Shown in pieces: positions 20,516 to 28,607 of a DNA stretch of 64,000 bases. The position numbers were made by a program, and so were the translations under genes. The DNA is from a virus (Duplodnaviria > Heunggongvirae > Uroviricota > Caudoviricetes). Location of the stretch: positions 2,050 to 66,049 of IMG/VR virus record IMGVR_UViG_3300028042_000002, one strand, 5' to 3'. The notes below the pieces were generated by a model. It ran no database searches, was not told where the DNA came from, and worked only from the letters and a program-made list of their open reading frames with translations. The number at the start of each line of letters is the position of its first letter. The stretch's first letter is position 1.

Positions 20516-22099
20516 TTAAAATTTCAAAATTAACTTAATATCTTCAATCTGATTAGGGTTTCTATCAATGGGTGTACTATATTCAAGGTATAATATTGAA
20601 CCACTATTAGCCTTAATATCTTCACTACTTGTAACACCATAATCAGGATTATCTAAACCTTTATATTTTGGTGCAGTTGCATAATCTAACGTGCCACTAA
20701 TTAAAGGGTCAACCACTAACATAATTTTTCTATAGTTAATATTAGTCGGAATATATCCACCTTCATCATTATCAAATCGTGAATTAATAATTAGATACTT
20801 TGCACCCAACTCCTCAATAATACTATAACCATGACCATTTTTAGGTTGCATTTGAATATCAATTTTATAATCATGGGAATTAGTTGTACCATCATCTAAA
20901 GTAACATCTTCACCAGTTACATATCCTGTTCCACCATTTACAACCGTAAATCCAGTTAAAATATTATCATTATCTAATATAGGTGTTAACGTTGCACCAC
21001 TTCCACCCACTGTATTAATTGTAACATTAATAATATTATCAAAATAATGACCAGCATTACTAATTATTACACCATCAATAATACCACCAGTTTCAGTAAT
21101 AGTAATAGTTGGATTATGAATATTTGCAACATCTCCACCATCAGGTATTATTTTAATAGTTGGAGCTTTGATATAACCTTCACCATAATCATTTACTGTA
21201 ATTTTATCAATAATTCCACCATTTAATGATACTGTAGCAGTCATTGGAGTGGTAATAGTTTCACCTTGAGTAGGTTCGATTAATAATGTAGGAATTGCTT
21301 GATAATTTCCACCACCATTAATCACATTTACAGTTGATATTGCACCACTTTTAGCATTATTTTGAATATTCCATTGTGCAGAACTATCATCAAACAATTT
21401 TAAACCTGTTGGAATATAATCAGATGTTAAAAAGTTAATAGCATCACTAGGATTTACACTACCCATATATTGCCAAATGTAACCATCAGCCGTTATAAAA
21501 GGTGTTAACAATTGACCAGTTGGTTCAGAAGTTGACACAATTCCATTATTATTGTATATACATTTGTAAATATTCTTATCAGCTTCACTATTTAATACAT
21601 AAAATGGGTTAATATAATTAAAATCTTCAACATTTTTATCATAACTATCATATAAAGTACCACTAATCCAATCGTAACGTTTTAATGCCAATTTAACATT
21701 AGTTTCATAAACTCTTTTAAACATAATCGCATCTTGTAAATCTTGAATATCATTATTATCACTATTTAAAGGCGTTGGTGGAATATTATCATCATCCCAT
21801 TGGGTTGACTTTCCTAATACCATGTATAAATTATTATGATAGTAATCATTATCAATATCATTTTCAATGAATAACCAATCTACACTGCCATCACTTACAA
21901 TTCCATTAATATGAGTAGGATTATTAACTCCACTTGTACCAGTTGTAGAAGCTATATAACGTCTATTAGCATTAGTTACAATATCCCCAATGTTATAAAG
22001 TGTTCCAGTAATCCAATTTACATCATTATTAGTATTGAACATGTTTAAGAATTGGTTAGCTGAAAATGTGTTAATATTATTTTTAATAATTGCTGGCAT
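20516..22099 (-). CDS. gp8: baseplate wedge subunit (T4 gp8-like)
   Basis: RYDWISG..YD.Y, FYVLN, IYKCIYNNNG..STSEPTG, TADGYIWQYM, GSILYLE...R...QIEDIKLILKF; late promoter at 22130-22137. Confidence 0.88.
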   Translation of the reverse strand: MPAIIKNNINTFSANQFLNMFNTNNDVNWITGTLYNIGDIVTNANRRYIASTTGTSGVNNPTHINGIVSDGSVDWLFIENDIDNDYYHNNLYMVLGKSTQWDDDNIPPTPLNSDNNDIQDLQDAIMFKRVYETNVKLALKRYDWISGTLYDSYDKNVEDFNYINPFYVLNSEADKNIYKCIYNNNGIVSTSEPTGQLLTPFITADGYIWQYMGSVNPSDAINFLTSDYIPTGLKLFDDSSAQWNIQNNAKSGAISTVNVINGGGNYQAIPTLLIEPTQGETITTPMTATVSLNGGIIDKITVNDYGEGYIKAPTIKIIPDGGDVANIHNPTITITETGGIIDGVIISNAGHYFDNIINVTINTVGGSGATLTPILDNDNILTGFTVVNGGTGYVTGEDVTLDDGTTNSHDYKIDIQMQPKNGHGYSIIEELGAKYLIINSRFDNDEGGYIPTNINYRKIMLVVDPLISGTLDYATAPKYKGLDNPDYGVTSSEDIKANSGSILYLEYSTPIDRNPNQIEDIKLILKF

Positions 22100-22164
22100 A
22101 AGTCGGGTAAGATTGAATAAATTTACTAATATTTATAATAATATACTAAATACTAATTAAAAAG

Positions 22165-22428
22165 GTGAATAAAATGATTGATTGTAATAAAGAATGTGTT
22201 GAAAATGTATTACCATTGGATGATAATAAAAATCTATGTTGTGTTAATGATGATAAAATTGATAGTACAGTTGAATTATGTACAAGTAAGTTGGTGCAAT
22301 ATGATAATAATATATTGGAATTTGTGGGGGGTATGAGTAGAGTAAAGCAATGTGAATTAGTTGATATTGATAATAGGGTTAAGATGGCAGATAAAATTGT
22401 ATTATTGCCACCGATTGAATTATGTTAA
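22165..22428 (+). CDS. hypothetical protein with internal repeats (may be spurious)
   Basis: DKI..VELC/IELC repeats, strongly G-skewed DNA. Confidence 0.35.
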   Translation: MNKMIDCNKECVENVLPLDDNKNLCCVNDDKIDSTVELCTSKLVQYDNNILEFVGGMSRVKQCELVDIDNRVKMADKIVLLPPIELC

Positions 22429-22515
22429 GATTTTATGAATTTATACCCATTAAGTTTACTTGTGCGATGCTTAACTAATATACCAGTTAAATAATTGTTA
22501 TCACCTCGACTAAAT

Positions 22516-23382
22516 TTATCGTGTGATATTGAACATTTCATATGGTTTATTGTGGTCAACTTCTCTATATAATTCAAGAAAATCAATATTATGAATATCT
22601 TTATAAATTGACTTCGTAAGTTTAATTTGCCTAACTCTATTTGAAATTATCGAACCTTCAAACATATTAGCATTAGGTGTACTAGATATTCCAACAATAC
22701 AAGCTTTTAATTCAATTTCACTCTTTTTAAATGGAACATTATAATTATTTAATACATTATTAAGATTGTTTAATATAGTTTTATTTTGATATTCAAGTCC
22801 ATATAAATTAACCATTAACATTTTATTAAATATATTTAAATTCATATAATTTCTTAATATTGAAGTATTACATTCAATGGCAAGTTCTCCAAGCGGTTTG
22901 CATAATAATCTAGTAAATTCTTCCTTACCTAAACCATCATATTCACTATATAATACAGGCATAGGAATTTTAATATTAACTTTTTTACCTGTAATTAATC
23001 GCTTTTTAACTTTCCAAATTAACGCTTTATATAAATTAATATCATCATCTGAAATATTCATCAATTTTTTTAATTTTTGCCACTCGTCATCTTTATTTGA
23101 TTTGGCACTGATTGATAATTTTTTAGCTAATGAAACCTTATATCCACTTAACCAGTTATCAACATTCATAACAATAGAATTATTAAATCTAGTTTTAGTG
23201 TAATATAATTTATTTATCATATTAAGCTTACACCACTCATAATATTGTACATATAATAAATTTAAATCTACAGAATTACCGTTAGATTTGATATAAGTTA
23301 AGTGTCGTGGGGTATACCCTTTAACTTTTAAAAAGTATTCAAATACTTCTAAATATGATGTTGAATTTTTTATATCTTTCAT
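22516..23382 (-). CDS. degenerate paralogue of the VapE/D5-like ATPase
   Basis: PMPVLYSEYDGLGKEEF (altered Walker A), MVNLYGL at the Walker B position, shared NIDFLELYRE; start at ATG 23382 after AAGGTT. Confidence 0.75.
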   Translation of the reverse strand: MKDIKNSTSYLEVFEYFLKVKGYTPRHLTYIKSNGNSVDLNLLYVQYYEWCKLNMINKLYYTKTRFNNSIVMNVDNWLSGYKVSLAKKLSISAKSNKDDEWQKLKKLMNISDDDINLYKALIWKVKKRLITGKKVNIKIPMPVLYSEYDGLGKEEFTRLLCKPLGELAIECNTSILRNYMNLNIFNKMLMVNLYGLEYQNKTILNNLNNVLNNYNVPFKKSEIELKACIVGISSTPNANMFEGSIISNRVRQIKLTKSIYKDIHNIDFLELYREVDHNKPYEMFNITR

Positions 23383-23463
23383 TAATTTTAACCTTATTGT
23401 ATAAATATTAAATATAGTATTGATAATTTGCACCGAGAGAGTAACAAATTATTTAATTATTGT

Positions 23464-24666
23464 TTATTTCTTAATGTATGTGAAACTATTACCCTTTGCA
23501 TTACGTTTATTTTTTATAAAATATTGGTCAAGGTGTTGCACAATAGCAGGTGAAAATTTAGTATTGCTAATTAAAATTTCATTGTTATTATTACACCAAT
23601 GTTCAAAATGTTTATATAATCCAAAGGATGGATATATTTTATCATAAACTGCTTGACTAATATCATTTTCATGTTTATCAAAATTTGTATTATTAACCCA
23701 ATCGTCAAACCAATATTCAACAATATGCTTACTTTTCTGCTTGTCATGTTGGATTGTTAAAATTTTACTATAATTTTTAGGGTCTAATAAATCACATAAT
23801 GAAGTATGATCAATTTCTCTATATAATTCAAGAAAATCAATATTATCCACAGCATCAAATAATGGTTTACTTAGTTTAATTTCCCACATTCTACGAGAAC
23901 CTGTTTTATCAGGCATAATTTCTGAAACTTTTTTATTAGATGAAGCTACCCCACAAAACAGTTTATATGCTGATATATTTTTATGATTGTGCATCAACCT
24001 TGTATTAATTTTATCATTCGTAACTAGAAATTTGTATGCTGATATCTCTCTATCACTTTGGTCTGAAATGTCATCAAAATTAATCATAAACATATCACTC
24101 CATATTTGATAATTTTTACTATCTTGGACATCTGATAATGGTCGTTGCATTGATAACTCACCTAATACATTTTCAATAGCTCGATTAAATGTAGTTTTTC
24201 CCCAACCTTGATTAGTACTGAAAATTACTGGCATTGGTACTTGATAATTATTTAAAATTTCATCGTTTATACACTGCCGTTTAATTTTCCATAATGTTGC
24301 TTGATATACCATAATATCATTATCAGTCCAATTTGTTAATTTTTGAAGTTTTAACCATTCTGCCATATCATTAGATTTTGGTTTAACATTTAATCTATCG
24401 GCTAAATCTGATTTAAGTTGCTCCAATGTTTCATGTTGAATAATATTATCAGTTTCATCAATAGTTTTTCTAGTATGAATAAATGATTTTACTCTGTTTA
24501 TTTTACACCAAATTGAGTACCTTGAAAATAAGTTATTTAATGGTATCATTTTATTTTTATGATAATATGCATTATATCCAACTGTAATATTGTTAAGAGT
24601 TAAGAAATAATTAAACACCATAACAGCATCATTACATTTCATTAAGTTTTCGTTATCTAATTTCAT
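23464..24666 (-). CDS. VapE/VirE- or D5-like P-loop ATPase/helicase (no primase domain)
   Basis: Walker A NQGWGKTT, Walker B MINFDDI, ASSN, DKTGSRR arginine motif, C-terminal LYKHFEHWC winged-helix-like motif. Confidence 0.8.
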   Translation of the reverse strand: MKLDNENLMKCNDAVMVFNYFLTLNNITVGYNAYYHKNKMIPLNNLFSRYSIWCKINRVKSFIHTRKTIDETDNIIQHETLEQLKSDLADRLNVKPKSNDMAEWLKLQKLTNWTDNDIMVYQATLWKIKRQCINDEILNNYQVPMPVIFSTNQGWGKTTFNRAIENVLGELSMQRPLSDVQDSKNYQIWSDMFMINFDDISDQSDREISAYKFLVTNDKINTRLMHNHKNISAYKLFCGVASSNKKVSEIMPDKTGSRRMWEIKLSKPLFDAVDNIDFLELYREIDHTSLCDLLDPKNYSKILTIQHDKQKSKHIVEYWFDDWVNNTNFDKHENDISQAVYDKIYPSFGLYKHFEHWCNNNNEILISNTKFSPAIVQHLDQYFIKNKRNAKGNSFTYIKK

Positions 24667-24857
24667 ACTTTGTTACCTTTATTATAATTTCTTACACGAG
24701 TATATAAGGTGGTTCTTGATATATTTAATTCTGTTGCAATACTCCCCCATGTGTAACCTTTCTTATTTAATTTTATAACCTTATCCACATCAAAATCCCT
24801 ATACGCACCTTTCCCACTTTTATTCATAATTAAATTGTTTTCATTTATATCAGTCAT
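24663..24857 (-). CDS. small helix-turn-helix DNA-binding protein
   Basis: GYTWGSIATELNISRTTLYTRV (Hin/Fis-type HTH); overlaps the ATPase start. Confidence 0.85.
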   Translation of the reverse strand: MTDINENNLIMNKSGKGAYRDFDVDKVIKLNKKGYTWGSIATELNISRTTLYTRVRNYNKGNKV

Positions 24858-25005
24858 TGTATTATGCCTATATGTTGTTAATGTTCAATTATATAACTAT
24901 TTATACATGTTAGCATATTAATCATCTAAATTTTTTCAATAATACGAATAAAAATGTAAGGATGTAAGCTATATGCAACCTAATATATTTTAATAATTTC
25001 TTATA

Positions 25006-25018
25006 AATCAATATGTTA
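25006..25018 (+). promoter_or_regulatory. IHF-consensus site AATCAATATGTTA
   Basis: exact match to WATCAANNNNTTR. Confidence 0.55.
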
Positions 25019-25077
25019 AGGTGTTATTATGTATAGATGTGGGGTGTAGGCTACATTTTCATTTTATATGCTTTATA

Positions 25078-25102
25078 TATTATTATTATTATTATTATTA
25101 TT
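25078..25102. repeat. (TAT)n microsatellite / AT-rich unwinding tract
   Basis: about 8 tandem TAT units. Confidence 0.9.
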
Positions 25103-25161
25103 TTTAAAAAAGTATACATACTATACATTAATAAGTAATAATATTATAAATTGTATATATT

Positions 25162-25174
25162 AATCAACAAGTTA
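25162..25174 (+). promoter_or_regulatory. IHF-consensus site AATCAACAAGTTA
   Basis: exact match to WATCAANNNNTTR. Confidence 0.55.
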
Positions 25175-25235
25175 TAAAAAATGTAAACCTTATCAATTTA
25201 ACATACATTAACCTGTCATTAATGTACATTATTTA

Positions 25236-25549
25236 ATTACTTTAGACGCTATCGCTTGGTATGTGATAATTCAAAAGAATAATATTGATTACATTTTCAA
25301 CTTGATTTACTTCTATTAATATTAATTAATTTTGATAAATATTGTACAATTCTTACAATGTAATCTAATGACCTAACTTTTACCATATCAAACAACTATA
25401 AACCATTGCTAAATTTAATCATAATCATAAAGTAATAGTAAGTAGCCAATATTATATTCAACTGCCTTAAATGGCTTAATATTAATCAACTAATAATTTA
25501 TCATAATGTCTTTGAATTTTGCACACTTAAGCGAAGCGTCTATAGTAAT
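25236..25549. repeat. imperfect ~42-bp inverted repeat (25236-25278 / 25509-25549)
   Basis: ATTACTTTAGACGCTATCGCTTGGTATGTGATAATTCAAAAGA versus reverse complement ATTACTATAGACGCTTCGCTTAAGTGTGCAAAATTCAAAGA. Confidence 0.85.
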
Positions 25550-25779
25550 AAACATTATCCTACAACTTAATCATATTGAAACTATAACCAATATTAATCC
25601 ATTACTAAATTTATATTAATATAAAGTACTGCCTTTGAATTATCACACGCAGGTTTTTATCTTTTCATAGTAATATAAATTTACACTCAAATTCATAAAA
25701 GTATTAACATTCTCACCACTTCCATAAATATTCCATTATAATAACAACTTCATTTACTAATTACCTTAAATATAATATT

Positions 25780-26322
25780 ATGAATTTAATAATCAATATT
25801 GAAACATTAGCATTTACTAATAATGCTAAAATTGCACAAATTACTATCACCAATTTCAATGATAACTTTCAAGTTAATAAACATTTATCATATAACCTAG
25901 ATTTAAATTCTCAACTATCGCGAGCAGTTGACCCAAATGTACTAAAATATTGGAAATATAATAAACAATTTGCATCCAATGTATTCAATAAAGATTTACA
26001 ATTAAACAGTAATAAAGTTAAGCAGAAAATAATCAATTTATTTAAATCATTCGCTGAGGGTAACGACATTAAATTATATTTCCAAAGTTACTATATTACA
26101 TACAACATACTAACGAACTTTTTAGATAATGACCTATCTGATTATGTAAAACCATCAAATTTAATGGAGTGTAAAAGTATATATAATTATTTCAATGTAT
26201 TATATCCTCAATATTTCTATAAATATAAACCAGTGAATGATGATATTAAATCAGGTGAAGATAAAAATAATCATAATTTAGAAATGTTGAAATTTTGCAA
26301 CACTCTATCCAAAGGCGAATAA
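25780..26322 (+). CDS. dexA: DexA-like 3'-5' exonuclease, probably inactive
   Basis: LIINIETL, then LNSQ..RAVDPNVLKYW; first catalytic Asp replaced by Asn. Confidence 0.6.
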   Translation: MNLIINIETLAFTNNAKIAQITITNFNDNFQVNKHLSYNLDLNSQLSRAVDPNVLKYWKYNKQFASNVFNKDLQLNSNKVKQKIINLFKSFAEGNDIKLYFQSYYITYNILTNFLDNDLSDYVKPSNLMECKSIYNYFNVLYPQYFYKYKPVNDDIKSGEDKNNHNLEMLKFCNTLSKGE

Positions 26323-26326
26323 TTAT

Positions 26327-27181
26327 ATGTTATTAATTGATTTATCATCTGTAGCTGTTCCAAGTTGCATATCAGCATCATACAACCAAAAATTAACTTT
26401 AAATTTAGTGCGTGAGGTTATTAATACTCAAATTTTATTCTATAGTAATAAATTTAAAAAGTATGGTAAACCGATAATCACTATTGATAGCAATAAACAT
26501 GGTGGGTATTGGCGCAATGATGTATTTAAATATTATAAATTTAGTAGAAAATCAGCAAGGGTTAAAAGTGATTTCAATTGGAAATTATATTTTAAATATT
26601 TGGCGATTGTAATTGATGAATTATATGAATATTCTCATTACACTATGTTAAAAGTTGATAAATGTGAAGCCGATGATATTATTGCAGTGTTAACTTTGAA
26701 TTATATTAATAAAGATATTATCATTGTTTCTACTGATAAAGATTTATTACAATTAAACCTTCACAATCAACGAGTTAAACAATATTCAATTAGACATAAA
26801 GGTATATTAGATTATGAAAAGTATGATTTATTGATGCACATTATTAAGGGTGATGCTAGTGATGGAGTGCCTAATATATTCTCACCTGATAATATTTTCA
26901 CGTTGGAAGGAGTGAGACAAACAGTATCAAATAAAGGCAGAGTTAACAATTTTAAAACTTTATTAGAAAGTGGTTCACTTGACGATAAAAGTATTATAAA
27001 TATTAACTACAATAGAAATAAATTGTTAATAGATTTAACTATGATACCAAAGAAATATAGTGATGAAATTTTACATCTTTACATTAATTCATTAGATGAA
27101 ATACGGTATAATAGAATGGCTGAATATTTTATTAAATTTAACCTAAAATACCTTTACAATAGACAGTCGGAAATGTTATGA
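26327..27181 (+). CDS. rnh: T4-type RNase H (5'-3' exonuclease)
   Basis: LLID, YWRNDVFKYYK..RK, EADDIIA, IVSTDKDLLQL, GDASDGVPNI, RNKLLIDL. Confidence 0.95.
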   Translation: MLLIDLSSVAVPSCISASYNQKLTLNLVREVINTQILFYSNKFKKYGKPIITIDSNKHGGYWRNDVFKYYKFSRKSARVKSDFNWKLYFKYLAIVIDELYEYSHYTMLKVDKCEADDIIAVLTLNYINKDIIIVSTDKDLLQLNLHNQRVKQYSIRHKGILDYEKYDLLMHIIKGDASDGVPNIFSPDNIFTLEGVRQTVSNKGRVNNFKTLLESGSLDDKSIININYNRNKLLIDLTMIPKKYSDEILHLYINSLDEIRYNRMAEYFIKFNLKYLYNRQSEML

Positions 27182-27549
27182 AATTAGATTACTTTTTACA
27201 AGAAGTTTACAACGCCAAACCAGTTGATATTATTACTAGATATAATGATGACCCATTATTTAACACGTATATTAATTTGGCTTATAATACTAAATTAACT
27301 AAGTATATTAAAGATATTCCCGAATATAATCATCCTGACTGCCTACCTGATTTTAGTATTTCAAATTTAAGTAAGGTTTATCGCAAATTCTTTCAATGTA
27401 TGTATGTTGATGGATATGATATTAAACATAGAAATAAAATGTTAATTCAAGTGTTAGAAAGTTTATCTGAATACACATCAGACTTCCTAATTGAAGTAAT
27501 TGATGGTAATATTTCATTCTTTCCTGAAAGTATGGTAAAAGGTAAGTAA
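27178..27549 (+). CDS. conserved T4-like hypothetical protein following rnh
   Basis: L..AY, IPEY, RNKMLIQVLESL pattern and position. Confidence 0.6.
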   Translation: MKLDYFLQEVYNAKPVDIITRYNDDPLFNTYINLAYNTKLTKYIKDIPEYNHPDCLPDFSISNLSKVYRKFFQCMYVDGYDIKHRNKMLIQVLESLSEYTSDFLIEVIDGNISFFPESMVKGK

Positions 27550-27551
27550 TT

Positions 27552-27800
27552 ATGCCAATATATGAATATAAGTGTGGTAAGTGTAATACAAATATCGAAA
27601 GAAATGTTTTAATTTCTAATCGTGATAATATTATTAACTGTACTGCTTGTGATATTCCACGCCAAAGAGTAAAATTTTATCCTAGTAAATTTGTAGATAT
27701 TCATAGAATTGGTAAAAGTAAAATAGTTTCAGATGGTTTAAACAGTATTTTAAAATCTGTTAAAGATGATAACACTAATTCAACAATTAAATTAAGATAA
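27552..27800 (+). CDS. FmdB-family zinc-ribbon protein
   Basis: MPIYEYKCGKC...CTAC. Confidence 0.85.
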   Translation: MPIYEYKCGKCNTNIERNVLISNRDNIINCTACDIPRQRVKFYPSKFVDIHRIGKSKIVSDGLNSILKSVKDDNTNSTIKLR

Positions 27801-27809
27801 AGAGATAAT

Positions 27810-28244
27810 ATGGCTAAATTTTCACAAACATCATTAAAGAAATTGAATACGTGCAATCAAGATTTAATAACATTAGCAAAATCAATAATTGAAATTCATG
27901 ATTGTACGGTGGTCACTGGTACTAGAAATGAAACACTACAAAATCATTTATATGATATCGGTAAAAGTCAATTAAGATTTCCAAAATCTAAACATAATAA
28001 ATATCCATCAGAGGCTATTGATCTTGTTCCGTACTTAGCAAATACCACTAAATTAACATATGATAAAAAATATACTCTTTATTTTGCAGGAATTGTATTA
28101 GGAGTTGCTAAAATGTTGTATGAAAATGGTAAAATGAAATATAAAATTAGATGGGGCGGCAATTGGTCAAATATTTTAGATGATGATTATAGAAATACAT
28201 CATTTTATGACGGTACTCATTTTGAACTCATCATTCCAAGGTAA
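27810..28244 (+). CDS. endolysin, M15 (L-Ala-D-Glu) peptidase
   Basis: FSQTS...L, GTR...Q, SKH..PSEAID, IRWGGNW, DGTHFEL. Confidence 0.92.
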   Translation: MAKFSQTSLKKLNTCNQDLITLAKSIIEIHDCTVVTGTRNETLQNHLYDIGKSQLRFPKSKHNKYPSEAIDLVPYLANTTKLTYDKKYTLYFAGIVLGVAKMLYENGKMKYKIRWGGNWSNILDDDYRNTSFYDGTHFELIIPR

Positions 28245-28246
28245 TT

Positions 28247-28402
28247 ATGATAATGAACACCCCTTTATATATTTATAAATGTACTAAATGTGGACATACG
28301 CAACGACATCATGTTAAAGATAATCCAAGGTATAAATGTGAAAAATGTGATAAATTATTAGAATACATTAAAAAAGATAATAAAACTTTACTCTTAAGTT
28401 GA
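28247..28402 (+). CDS. small zinc-ribbon protein (51 aa)
   Basis: YKCTKCGH...YKCEKC; AAGGTAA RBS; not in ORF track. Confidence 0.6.
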   Translation: MIMNTPLYIYKCTKCGHTQRHHVKDNPRYKCEKCDKLLEYIKKDNKTLLLS

Positions 28403-28417
28403 AATACTGTATAAATA

Positions 28418-28544
28418 CTTATGTAAGATAAAATATACTAATAATAATAAAACTGTTTATTTTACAATATTACCTATATGGATGAATTATGCAAGGATGT
28501 ACATAAGAGTGGGACATTATTTATTTAGTGTTTCACTCTTTTTT
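28418..28544 (+). ncRNA. candidate late small RNA with GGA motifs
   Basis: TATAAATA at 28410-28417, no substantial ORF, ATGGATG and GCAAGGATGT motifs, terminator at the 3' end. Confidence 0.35.
28505..28544 (+). terminator. intrinsic terminator
   Basis: AAGAGTGGGACA...TGTTTCACTCTT stem plus T-tract. Confidence 0.75.
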
Positions 28545-28607
28545 ATGCTTGAAATATATTAATATATAGTTTATAATTAGGGTTTTATAATTATAAGGTA
28601 AAATATA

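Larger units (their letters stand above)
24858..25779. other. non-coding origin/packaging-like locus
   Basis: no ORF >=60 aa; IHF-consensus sites, ATGTA/TACAT repeats, (TAT)n tract, long inverted repeat, local G-to-C skew switch. Confidence 0.55.

Noticed and set aside
24858..25779. CRISPR array in the non-coding region
   Set aside because: no regularly spaced identical repeats with unique spacers; no cas genes
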